DNA of 60,084 bases, the filler included, from Dugesia japonica (Eukaryota), in assembly GCA_001938525.1 (NCBI GenBank). It is 5 parts of 5 records of this genome, joined end to end, with 100 filler letters (N's around TTAATTAATTAA, not from the genome) between each part and the next. Parts side by side here need not be neighbours in the genome. Positions count along the whole stretch, not along the records: positions 35,323 to 49,636 come from MQRL01597733.1; positions 49,737 to 60,084 come from MQRL01635834.1; 3 more parts are not named here. One strand, 5' to 3'. Under the pieces are notes generated by a model, which saw only the letters and a program-made list of their open reading frames with translations, was not told the origin of the DNA and ran no database searches. The number at the start of each line of letters is the position of its first letter. The first letter of the stretch is position 1. A program made the translations under genes and the position numbers. This document shows, piece after piece, positions 39,014 to 50,194 of the stretch.

Positions 39014-42000
39014 CCCACCACTGATTAGTCGTTAAATTTTAATGATTTAAATTTAAATTTTAATGTGATGACAAATTTATATGTTGACTTTGAATTTTAA
39101 TGTTCTTTGGTGCGAGTTTTTAATATTAAGTACTTATTTTTCGATTTATTTCCTCAGAGATAAACATTCGGAGATTTTAAACCATGTTATTCTTACTCAG
39201 CGTAAAGTTTTCTATCAAATAGATATTTTGATGGTAAAAATCGAATGAATGTTGAAATAAATTTAAGATGATTAATTTAGTAATTACAATTAATTGATTA
39301 CAATTTAAATATTACGAATTTAAATTAATCAATTTTAAATTAATTTTTCAATGATCATTAATAATATGATCAAAAATCGTCAAACTTTACATACGCCAAG
39401 GAATAATGATCAGAAAAAATTCTCTATCTAATAGACATGATGATTTCATGTTGAGAAAGAAATTTTCGAAAAAGTTTTTTTTGAAAAAAAATTCCCATCG
39501 AATTTTACATCGATTGATTTAAAAATCTCGTAGATTTTTTCAAAAAATTTAAATATTTAAACATAATGGAGTTTTCCTAAATTTTCTCAAATTTTAACTT
39601 CAAAATTTAAACAAAATCATCAAAATTCTAACAAAACTGACCATTGTGAGCCAAGATTTGGCGGAAATCAACCAATATGAGGAAATTTTCAACGAAAATT
39701 TAACCAATTTAACCATAATTGCCCAAAACCTACCAAATATCGACAATCCTGAGGAAGTTCCTTAATAAAAGTAACCAGGTTCGCCATCACCGAGTTATTT
39801 TTATTACCAAAATTAAAAAAAACGATATTAAATAACAGAAAAATGGATTTTAAGCGAGGTAAAATGCAAAAAAAACAGTTATTAAACGAATCATTTCATT
39901 AGTTCTCTTCCAGAAACTTATCGCGAAACTTATTCGTGAAGGTATTCATTTTTTAAAACCACTGTTATCTTCTGCTCTACCAGCCAGAAGCGAAAGCCGC
40001 TATCATTTTCAAAATTTCTTTCTTAACTTTCTCTAGTATCCAGTATTTTATTGCAAGTTTTTCAAGGAAAATTAAACTGAAAATTGTGAGTTTGGTGATC
40101 GCTTATATACTTATTTTTCTGGTTAGTTTTAGCAACCATCCCTCAAAATCATGCCAATTTTTAGTCTTTTTGATTGATCAAAATTGATTCGCCTATCAGT
40201 CTATTATTCTTAGAATTTTTTCAGATTTTTCTTAAACTTTTTTGTTACTATTTTGAGTGACATACTCTAATTGGACCCTTATAAAAGAATCAATAACTTT
40301 CTTCATAATGCTTGTCTCACTTTTTAACTTCGATTTTCTAATTTTCCTGCATATTTTACATCAAACTGTTCTTACATAATCAATTTTCGTTCATGGTAAC
40401 CTTACGTTTTCTGTCATTTAATTTTTTAATCATAAATTGCAAAGTAAATCAATAAAATTATTCTGTAATTAATTAATTAATTTTACTATTTTGTTCTTTC
40501 ATTTTATTTTTGGTTAATAATTTCAGTGACAATTGTCATTGTACCAATTTGCTGTCATTAACTAATTTTTTAATTAATTTTCATTTATTCTTTCGATTTA
40601 TCTGCGATTATTTTTATTAACTGATTAAGTAATTACTTTTCTTTGTTATATTTTTATTGGTATTTGTTTGTCGTCGTCCTTGTTATTCTTGTTTTGCTGC
40701 TATTTATACGTGCTGGTGTAATTCTTCTCCTAATATTCAGAACTAGTTTTCACTTCCTTTCCCGATATCAAGTGTTTCACCCCAACACATGTACTAAAAC
40801 CTTTTTTGTGATAAACCAAAATGTTATGCTTCTAAAATTTGGTGATAGTTGCTGGTAGAAAGAGATCATAATATTACAGGAAAGAGCACTGCAAAGACAT
40901 TGGTTCAGCCAAAAACGAGAGATCACCATGATATAAACTACCAGGGTGATGTCAGAAATTATCCAAGGTGATACAGAGCAACCAACATAAAAACCTCGTG
41001 AAATGTATATTCAAGAGAAACTGAAATAAATCCAGAAAATGAAACAACGAATCATTGAAAATGATGTTTTTAATTAAACAAGCACTTTTGAACAAATGAA
41101 TTGTTTTGTTATAAGCCGAACCAATAAAAGGCTGCTGATATTTATAAGTAGGCCTACCGCAAGGACACATGAAATCCAAGAAAAGAAGGAAATCAATGCG
41201 AAAGTAAAGATTTATCAAATAGAAAATCAAGAAACAACGAGATAACGTATAAAAACGAAATATCAAAAAGCTTCTGAACTCAACATCTCCAATAATTTTA
41301 AATAAATCTCCAACTCACATTTGAGGAATAACACGATCTTAAGTAGTTTGTATTACAAAATCAGTCGTTCTTGCTATAAAGCTTCGAAGCTCAAAACTGG
41401 CATAGATAAATCCAGAAATCAGAGATAAAGACGCATTTGTAATTGGAAACTACTAATCAATGAACTCAGTTATTATGCTTACAAATGACTGATTGAAAAT
41501 GAGTGTCGAGAGAAGAGAAAAATTATAGAGATAATTATACATCGGAAATAAATGTTTCTTTTGCAAAAGACTGTTATTTTATGAAGAGTACTAATTAAAT
41601 TAAATAACAATGTATTAAATACCTAACATGATATATAATTTTAGATGAATTCCATCACCGGAGAACCAGTATCACTGATAATCTTCTTAGACCAGAAAAG
41701 GTCGGTGGAGTGGACTGCGTTGAAGTCAGAAGTTAAGCGACTGAAAGCAGAGAAAGAGGACGTTGAAAATAAGTACATGGTTATAAAAGATGCTAAACAA
41801 GAGCATATTGGTCATTATTAGACAATCTTATGTAAACAATGTGATGCCTTTATTAATGAATATGCGTCAAATGAAATTACTATTCCCGGCCAACTGCTTA
41901 TTAAAATAAAAATTTATTCGTTCCAGCTGTTTTCTTGAGCCAAGAGAGATGTGAGTATCTATTGAATCAAGACGAATTATCCTAATAACTGGCTTAAAAA

Positions 42001-42780
42001 GAAAAGCAGCGATGTTTATTGGAAATACTCGCAGCTCCTAGGATGTGAAAATCAGAATGGATAGAAAAATGAATAAAAAATAACGTTTAACAAAAATAAA
42101 AACATTTTATTTAAATTTTTTTGAAAACTAATATCTCATAATTAATGAAATTATTAAAATACAAAATATATTTTAATTTTAAGAATTTTTTCTTATAAAA
42201 TTATATTTTCAATTTGAATGAATAAAATATTTTCACGACTTCAGAGTCAATTCGGATATTCCATATACAATTAGCGTAATTTCATTAAAATTTATTGTTT
42301 CACTTGAAGTTACCGATTTGTTATTAATTATTTTCTAGTTTTTTCAATCTTTCGAAAATTTGAAATTAATTTTGATATTCGCATTTTGTAAAATATTTGA
42401 ATAAAGTAAAACAAAAATAAAAATAATTTAACAATTTCATTTTAATAATAAAATTTGTCAAAAATTATATTTGAAAAATAAATATAAAAATTTTCAACCA
42501 ATAAAAGTTTATAAAAATGAATTTTATTTATTTTAAGAAATTATTATTTATTTTGTGATAAATTAATGATGATGATAATAAATTTCTTTATCAAAAATGA
42601 CCAACATCAATACTCCAAAATCGTAATTGATCATCAAAAATAAAATTGATAGATTATTCCAAGATAAATCAATAAATTATAATGAAATATTCTCAATCTA
42701 CAACTTGTTCTATGCACAGAATCAATCAAATAATTCCAATCAATATTTGCAACAGAAATTATTATGTTTTGCATTATTCA

Positions 42781-45136
42781 TTATAATTTCTGTACACAAA
42801 TTTCACAATATTTACTAGATTCATAATTGTATTTATATCCACATTTGTAACACCATTTTGTGTATTTATTTTCACCACGACAAGAAGAATTCTGACAATA
42901 ATAATAACGTGAAATATCATTTATATGGGAACATCTAACACAAATCCATATTTGATCAGTCCCATCACCTTTACACCGCAACATTGGTTTACCAATATTG
43001 ATTTTATCAGCATATCGATCGAGTCCACAATGTTTGCAATATTTCTCATTTCCCACATTTCTATTCTTACAAAATCGATACCAACAAGTCCAAGTTTCAT
43101 CTCGAGCATTCAAACAATCCCCACAAAGATCATCACAAATGATCTCACTATGTTTGCATTTGGAACAATATTTTATTGTTTTATTAACATTTACCTCTCC
43201 ACAAGCAGCACAATAATCATTCCATATTTGATTGCGCATTGTGCAGTGCTTGCAACTCCACATCTCAATTCTTGGTGATTGGCATTGTTTGCAGGAGAGA
43301 GATTCTCGATCATTCCCACATTGACATTTGCTACATTTCCATTTATTATTATCTTCATCACGTTCTATCACCACATTATCACTTTGTATCACCACATTAT
43401 CACTTGGTATCACCACATTATCACTTGGTATCACCACATTATCGCTTTGTATCATCACGTAATCATCAATCATTTTATCTTTACCATTATCACTTTCACC
43501 TTTAACATTACATTTTGATCGATAACATTTATCACAAATTGATTTATTCAAATCATAATTGATATGATCACATGCACAACAAATCCACACTTGTTCTATC
43601 TTACCAAATTTACTCATCTCAACAGTTGCTCCTCTCTGTCGATTAACTGATTTATCGAGTCCACAATATGTACAATACAACTCATTTCCACCATTTCTCT
43701 TCTTACATCCTCCATACCAACAAATCCAACTCTCAGTTCTCCCATCTTTCTCGAAATTTTTCTTATTATCTTTTTTAATACTTCCATCTTTACCATCAAA
43801 TTTGAATTCATAACATTTACCACAAAGTGATCTATACAACTCATAATTGATAATATTACATGCATAACAAATCCACACTTGTTCTATCTTACCATATCTC
43901 ATTATATCAACAGCTGCTCCTCTCTCTCGATTTGCTGATTTATCGAGTCCACAATATGTACAATACAACTCATTTCCACCATTTCTCTTCTTACATTCTC
44001 CAAACCAGCAAATCCAATCATTATTATCTGCTCTATTTTCACGTAATTCCTCGCATATTTTACATTTCTCAGAAGATATTTCATTAGCAAATGTACATTT
44101 TCTACAATTCCATTCTGCGCGTGCCTCCATGCAAACAGTGCAATTCACATATTCATCTTCATTAACAACTCCACAGTGCTTGCATTTCCATTTGATCCCG
44201 TCCAAATTAACTTCATCATGTTTACCAGCAAGCTGACTACCAGATTCTTTATCGTGTTTGTTATCATCACTATTTATCACTTCTTTATTTGCAACAGAAT
44301 CTGTGTCGCGATTTGTATTAGTTTTGTGTTTGTTATCATCTCTATTTATCCCTTCTTTATTTGCAACAGAATCTGTGTTGCGATTTGTATTAGTTTTGTG
44401 TTTGTTATCATCTCTATTTATCCCTTCTTTATTTGCAACAGAATCTGTGTTTCGATTTGTATTAGTTTTGTGTTTGTTATCATCTCTATTTATCACTTCT
44501 TTATTTGTAACAGAATCTGTGTCGCGATTTTTAGTAATTTTTATCTCCTCAATTTTGCTTTTCTCGTATTTATCAATCTCTTTCTCATAAATTGTTAGTA
44601 AAGATTCCTTGCAATTTGAACATTCCAAATCAGTTGGCAATATATCTGTTTCACAAATTTGACATTTTAAATTTCCTGAGCGTTCCTTATCAACAGTCTT
44701 AAAATTAGTATCAAAGTCAATTCAAAATAAAATTAATCAATTACGGTTTTATAGATTTTTATAATTTCCAAATTTCTAGCAATAAGAAAATAGAAAACAT
44801 ATTGATACAATTTATCAATAACTTCCGATTTATCACGTTTATCAACACAGAATGATTCACCAATAGGTGGGTCCTCATTATGTGAATTTGGTAAACTCGA
44901 CTGAAATAGAAAATTATTCTTGTTATAAACAATTTAATTCACAAAATTATTAACTTCTTGTTCCCCTACGTGATCATGATCGTCACTAGGTGTCTCACTG
45001 TGTAAATTATCCGAATCCAACTTATATAATAAATAATTTAGTAATACAGCACTTAATTTACTTCATTAATAGCTTTTGATTTCTTACAACATGAATTATT
45101 AGAAGATTCTTTTTCACACGAATTCTCTAAATCTGA
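42781..45136 (-). CDS. multi-RanBP2/NZF-type zinc finger protein (~13 C4 fingers); 5' end uncertain
   Basis: The terminal exon 44697-42781 carries repeated W-x-C-x2/4-C-x3-N-x6/7-C-x2-C motifs. Phase-0 upstream exons 44900-44745, 45020-44955 and 45136-45062 have canonical AG/GT and ~40-55-nt introns. A further exon is likely at ~45270-45203. Confidence 0.9.
43360..43460. repeat. 21-bp coding tandem repeat (SDNVVIP/Q) x~5
   Basis: tatcaccacattatcactt units inside the zinc finger exon. Confidence 0.92.
44250..44530. repeat. 66-bp coding tandem repeat x4 (NRNTDSVANKEGINRDDNKHKT)
   Basis: Four near-identical 22-aa units in the ORF. Confidence 0.95.
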
Positions 45137-46638
45137 CTGAATAGAAAATAATTGTATTTTACAAACCTAATTTAACAAATACAAAATAATCGATATTTTA
45201 ACCAATAAAATAGAATTCTGCAGGTGATCTTCAATTGTGGTAATATTACAAAATTTACATCTTATATCTATTCTGAATCAATATTTGAACATTTTGTTCA
45301 TTTAATTAATTCTTTTCTTTTAATATATAAAAGTTGACAAAAAAATTCTCAATCAACACTTCGCCGTGATATCATATTTTATCAATAACTAAAGCATGCA
45401 AAGAAGGCAATATAAAAGCAAACGCTAAGAGCATGATTTAATGTATTTGTTAATTTACTATTTATTTATTTATTTTCATACCGCATTATCAATTTTTTAA
45501 TCGAAATATTTTTAATTTTTGTTATTTTTAGTTGATAATTTCTCACGACTCTTTTAATCCTGTGTAAAACCAAAGCAAATTGATGAAAAGTAATCAGTTA
45601 AATGGAGAGAAGGAAATCAGGAACCTAAAGTCTAAAAGGCAGGTTTATTATTGATTTAATTAAATCAAAACTTTGATGTGAAAGTAAAGGGTATGTGTGT
45701 GACACCAAGTCATTGATGTAATTTTGAAACAATGAATAAAAGATTCTGTTTATATAGGTTTTTAATGATGTGTGTGTATAATTAAATGTTGTTGATACAG
45801 TAAAACAATTCATTCCAGAACATTCTTATTGAAATTAAAATAATTAATTTATTTAAAATTAAATTAATTTGGTTTATAATTAATATTTATTTTTCTTTTA
45901 TATCTTTTTATCTATAAAACTTGACGATTTCTAACTACGTTTTTCCTACTCATCGTAAATTCTCTATCTAATTGATACCTTGATGTTCGAATTTGAGTTA
46001 ACCTTTAAGTGAAAGTAAAACTAAATGAATAAATAAAAACGGACGAGTAATTGGCTAAAAGAAAATTGTAGTAAATGGGCGAATAAAAGTCAAAATATCA
46101 TTATTATACAAAGCAAGATATTAAAATCAAATTGATCAAATGAAGTTGAATATCCACAAGAAAGTTAAAGTGAAAAGAATGCACTAAACCTGAAATTAGT
46201 CGTAAAAAAATTAAAGATATGAAATGAAGTAGTGAATCAAAGTAGAAGATCAAACCGAAAAGATAAAATTGAATTATTGAAATGAAATGGAGATTGTAAT
46301 ACTAGATAAAAAGCCAAACTGTGACATAATTATAGCCGAAATCAGATTATAATGATAAAACGAACTGGATATTAATGATACATTTAGAAGAAGATGAATA
46401 CAGTGATGTCTTTCTTAGCCTTCTTCTTTCTTATCTTTCTACATGAATTTTGATATTTCATAGTAATTTTAAATTCAAATTAGATGTTTTTTTATATTTT
46501 GGAATACTTTTTGAAAAAATTTTATATTAGTAATATCAAATTATTGCATAATTTAATAATCATTTGGATTAAATGTATTCTTTTACAAATTTTATAATAG
46601 TTAACAATCTTGTATTTATTATGATTCGGGTTACATAT

Positions 46639-48861
46639 AGTTACAATATACTTGTCCTCTATCATATTTCAATAACAACTAAGATTAGAATATTTATTAA
46701 ATATAAATTATAACGTTAATTCATATTATTCAAACAGCATTATTACGAATTTCCATAACTCTCCCTTCCTCCAAAACGTTGTCCATCTTTTTAGCCATTC
46801 TATTCTTTTGGTTTTCAAACCATTTGGAAAACTTGATTTCTACTTGATGTGCTGCTACATATCTCACTATCCGGTATGGCCTTTCATACACCAAACCGTT
46901 TTTCTTTTGTTTGTGTAGTTCTACTCGGAATAATACCCATTCTCTCTCTTTAAAGCATCTTTGTCCTCACTTATCTTTCTCGTAATTTTTCATTTTCTGC
47001 GCCACCCTCTCCAAATTTTATCGCACTATATCTTCTTTAACTGTCCTTCCTTTTGAGAGCGTTTCCTCTTTGGTATGAGGATTTATCTTTTTACCAAATA
47101 CGATTTCGAAAGGAGAGAATTTTGTAGACTCTTCTATTGTAACATTAATACTAAATTCTACTCACGGTAATAATGTCTACTAATCTTTCTCATTACATTT
47201 CCATTTTATTGATATTGTAATCATATCCTTCACTGTTCGGATCATCCGTTCTACCAAACCATTCGACTGGTGTTGATACGGGGAACTAAACTCCTTTACA
47301 ATTCCAAATTTTCCTAGTTTCTTTGCCATCACTTGACTTTCAAACACTTCACCTCTGTCAGTCAGAATGGATTTTGGCTTACCAAAACGGCATATTCATT
47401 TGTTCAAAATTATCATAAAAATCGTCTCTTCATTCATTTTTGAAACTGCAGATAAGCTGACTAGTTTGCTAAAACGATCAATTATTACCACCATATATTT
47501 CTTATCAGACTTGCTCTGTTCCATATGAGCTATGTCCTCTACGATTTGTTCTAAAAAAAATATTTCTTCTCCACGGTATAAGTGTTTCTTTTGTACGACT
47601 TTGTACTACTTTCCTTTTGGCACACATCTTGCATTCATTAATACTTGTATTAATTGTCTTGCGCACCCCTGGCCAGAAATAACCATCTTGTACGTATGAA
47701 AATAACATTTTTCTTCCCAGATGACATAAATCTTCATGAATTTCCTTTATCACTTTATCCACTATGCTTGTTGGAACTACCAACAAAAAATTTATTTTCT
47801 CTTTCCACTACTAACAAATCATTCACTATTTTCAATTTGTGCTTCAGTTTATTCCAGTAACTTCCTTGTTCACTATTTTTAGTCTCTAAACCTTCTAGCA
47901 ACATTGCTACACAGCGTTGTATTTCTGAATCTTCTGTCTTAGCCTGTCGAATCATTGTAATAATATCTGTCTCATGATGAGTTAAATTGTTGTTTCACTC
48001 TGCTTTTTCTCTTTTTGCGTCTGTGTGTTTTATGCTACATTGTGAACATACACTATCCATTGGCCTCGACAACCCCTCCGCACTGTTGTGTTCTTCTGAA
48101 TTGACCTTCCTTTGTACTAAACTAATGACATCCCTTGACTGTTCTGATAACTCTACTTGATAATAAGCTTGGCACCGGATCAATCGATGAAAAGAATTTC
48201 CAGCCAGATAAACAATCTAATAACAACTGAATTTCTGGCATTGGAAAAGAGACTTTTCACTCCAAAATTCTGGGTGGATCTGTCTATGATGACTTTAATT
48301 TTCTTGTTCCATTGTAGACTAAATTCTACTATACCCAACGGTTTTTCTCCGTCCTTATTAAATGCTCCATTTAATCCGATATTGTACATCGACAACAACG
48401 GTTTCTAAAATCAGCTCTGAAAACGATTTTTTTATCATGTGTCTGTAAGCCATCTTTTGACTTCCTCCGTTGTGATCTCAATCTTTTTAAAATCTATCCA
48501 AAGAATTCCTGCTTCATCTGACAATAGCAAATGAAAGATATCCAACAAATTAAAATCGTTAACGATAGTTTACTCCTCGATATACTTAAATCATTTGAAG
48601 CTTCTTCTGCAACTGTTCCGTTATATTTTCTGACATTAAAATTTATTAATTCTTGCGCTTTTTTTGGTAACGCATTTAAAATTGCTTTCTGTTGATGCTT
48701 TTACCTTGTAACAGCATTCACAGTTTTGGCGTGGTTGCCAGTTACAATAATCTTATCCTCTATCATATTTCAATAATAACTAAGATTAGAATATTTATTA
48801 AATATAAATTATAATGTTAATTCATATTATTCAAACAACGTTATTTCGAATTTACAAAACT
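46639..48861 (-). mobile_element. internally deleted Gypsy element with two ~120-bp LTRs
   Basis: Direct repeats 46639-46760 and 48740-48861 (minus-strand termini AGTT...TAACT). PBS TGGCAACCACGCC and PPT GGAGGAAGGGAG. Integrase motifs IHEDLCHLG..YFWPG..CKMC, ILTDRGEVFES and PYQHQSNGLVER. Confidence 0.92.
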
Positions 48862-48899
48862 CATTTAATAATAAATTTTATAATTAAAGTAATCTTAAT

Positions 48900-49310
48900 T
48901 TCATGAATTTACTAAACAATATTTCCTGAAGAAGACTATACCGAAATATTGAAAATAGAAGAACAGCAACTTTGATATTTGTTTGTTAAAAAAATTTTTT
49001 AAATAAAATTTGGTTAAAACGAATTTATTTATTGGTTAAAAAAATAATTTTTAAGTTTTAAAAAAATTTTAAAAATAGATTAACCGAGAAATGTTCATTA
49101 AATCTTATAACACAATTGAAAATCAATGAAAATTGATTTTACTCAGATTTATTTAAAATCTGTCTTTATGTCCAAATTTGTAATAAGAATTTATTGAACA
49201 ATTGTTCCTGAAGAATTGCTATGCTGAAATATTGCAAATATAAAAACGATAACTTAGATCTTTGCTTGTTTAAAATTTTTTTTGTTGTTATAAACGAATT
49301 TATTAATCTT
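48900..49310 (+). repeat. two ~125-bp direct repeats 282 bp apart, each with a degenerate hammerhead-like core
   Basis: CCTGAAGAAGACTATACCGAAATATTG (48925) and CCTGAAGAATTGCTATGCTGAAATATTG (49207), with matching flanks. Confidence 0.6.
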
Positions 49311-49369
49311 AATTATATCATGATTTTTTAAATTTATTATAAAGTTGAATATGAGATTGTGCTCTTTAA

Positions 49370-49615
49370 CCCTTTGTCGTCTGATGATACAAGAAAGTAT
49401 CATCATATAAAATTACGTTTTAAACTATAGCAGAATTATATTTATCTACATTCGTCTGTAAGAACCTCTAAGTGATAAGCGAGGATCGCATATAAAACAT
49501 TATTTTATTAAAAAAAATTGAAAACATTCACAGCCTTAAATAAACACTAAAATTAAAATAGTTTTTTTAAAAAGTCGGGAATTTTCAATTTTTACTGATG
49601 TCAGGCAACAAAGGG
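49370..49615. mobile_element. piggyBac-type MITE
   Basis: TTAA on both sides; TIR CCCTTTGTCGTCTGA / TCAGGCAACAAAGGG (13/15). Confidence 0.9.
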
Positions 49616-49636
49616 TTAATCAATAAATAGAATATT

Positions 49637-49736
49637 NNNNNNNNNNNNNNNNNNNNNNNNNNNNNNNNNNNNNNNNNNNNTTAATTAATTAANNNNNNNN
49701 NNNNNNNNNNNNNNNNNNNNNNNNNNNNNNNNNNNN
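49637..49736. other. artificial scaffold spacer (N44-TTAATTAATTAA-N44)
   Basis: Same 100-bp linker. Confidence 0.95.
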
Positions 49737-49850
49737 TATATTAATTATATTACAAATAATTATATTATATTAATTATATTATAAATAATTATATTATATT
49801 AATTATATTATAAATAATTATATTATATTAATTATATTATAAATAATTAA
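49737..49850. repeat. 29-bp AT-rich tandem repeat
   Basis: tatattaattatattataaataattatat x~4. Confidence 0.85.
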
Positions 49851-49934
49851 ATTTATTTTAATTATATAAAAATGATATTTTTAAATAAACTTTATAAAAT
49901 AAGTCTAAATTAATCAAATTAATTATAATTATAA

Positions 49935-50194
49935 TTATAATAAATATAAAAAGAAAATAATAATGATCGTACTGGAATTACAATATTCTGTACCCATGCC
50001 GTAATTGGAAAATGCTGTAGAACGATTAGGGTTGAGATATGTCCACATCTCGGGATGATAATCGAGGGATTGATAAGCGGTCTGATTGCGATTATTTATC
50101 ATGAATCCACCAGCCAAAGATTTGAAGGGATCATTCGACCCAATATCTGAGTTGTTAGTGAAAAGATCTGTGTTGGTAAACTGAGAGGATATAT
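49935..50194 (-). CDS. Dmrt gene 3' exon
   Basis: cattcag| acceptor in phase 1 matches the previous donor. Encodes ISSQFTNTDLF..AGGFMINNRNQTAYQSLDYHPEMWTY. Ends at stop 49935 or at a possible donor at 49972. Confidence 0.65.

Larger units (their letters stand above)
36089..39648. mobile_element. pair of long inverted repeats beginning CACAAT(C/G)G (Transib-like or foldback termini)
   Basis: 36087 ctcacaatcgtcagttttagtcgaatttagatgattttgtttaaattt vs reverse complement of 39650 ctcacaatggtcagttttgttagaattttgatgattttgtttaaattt. Similarity continues ~300 bp on the left arm (~250 bp on the right). No TSD seen. Confidence 0.6.

Noticed and set aside
39660-41500. Coding-like degenerate sequence including a GLPQG word at ~41150
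   Set aside because: Only a single short RT-like motif with no following YxDD; cannot be assigned.
42921-44598. Antisense and alternate-frame ORFs overlapping the zinc-finger exon
   Set aside because: Shadows of the repetitive real ORF.
45370-45434. Signal-peptide-like MLLAFAFILPSLHA upstream of the zinc-finger gene
   Set aside because: It stops after 20 codons, no compelling splice link is seen, and RanBP2 fingers are intracellular.
49381-49403. CTGATGA followed by a hairpin as another hammerhead
   Set aside because: No GAAA after the stem; it is subterminal sequence of the piggyBac MITE.
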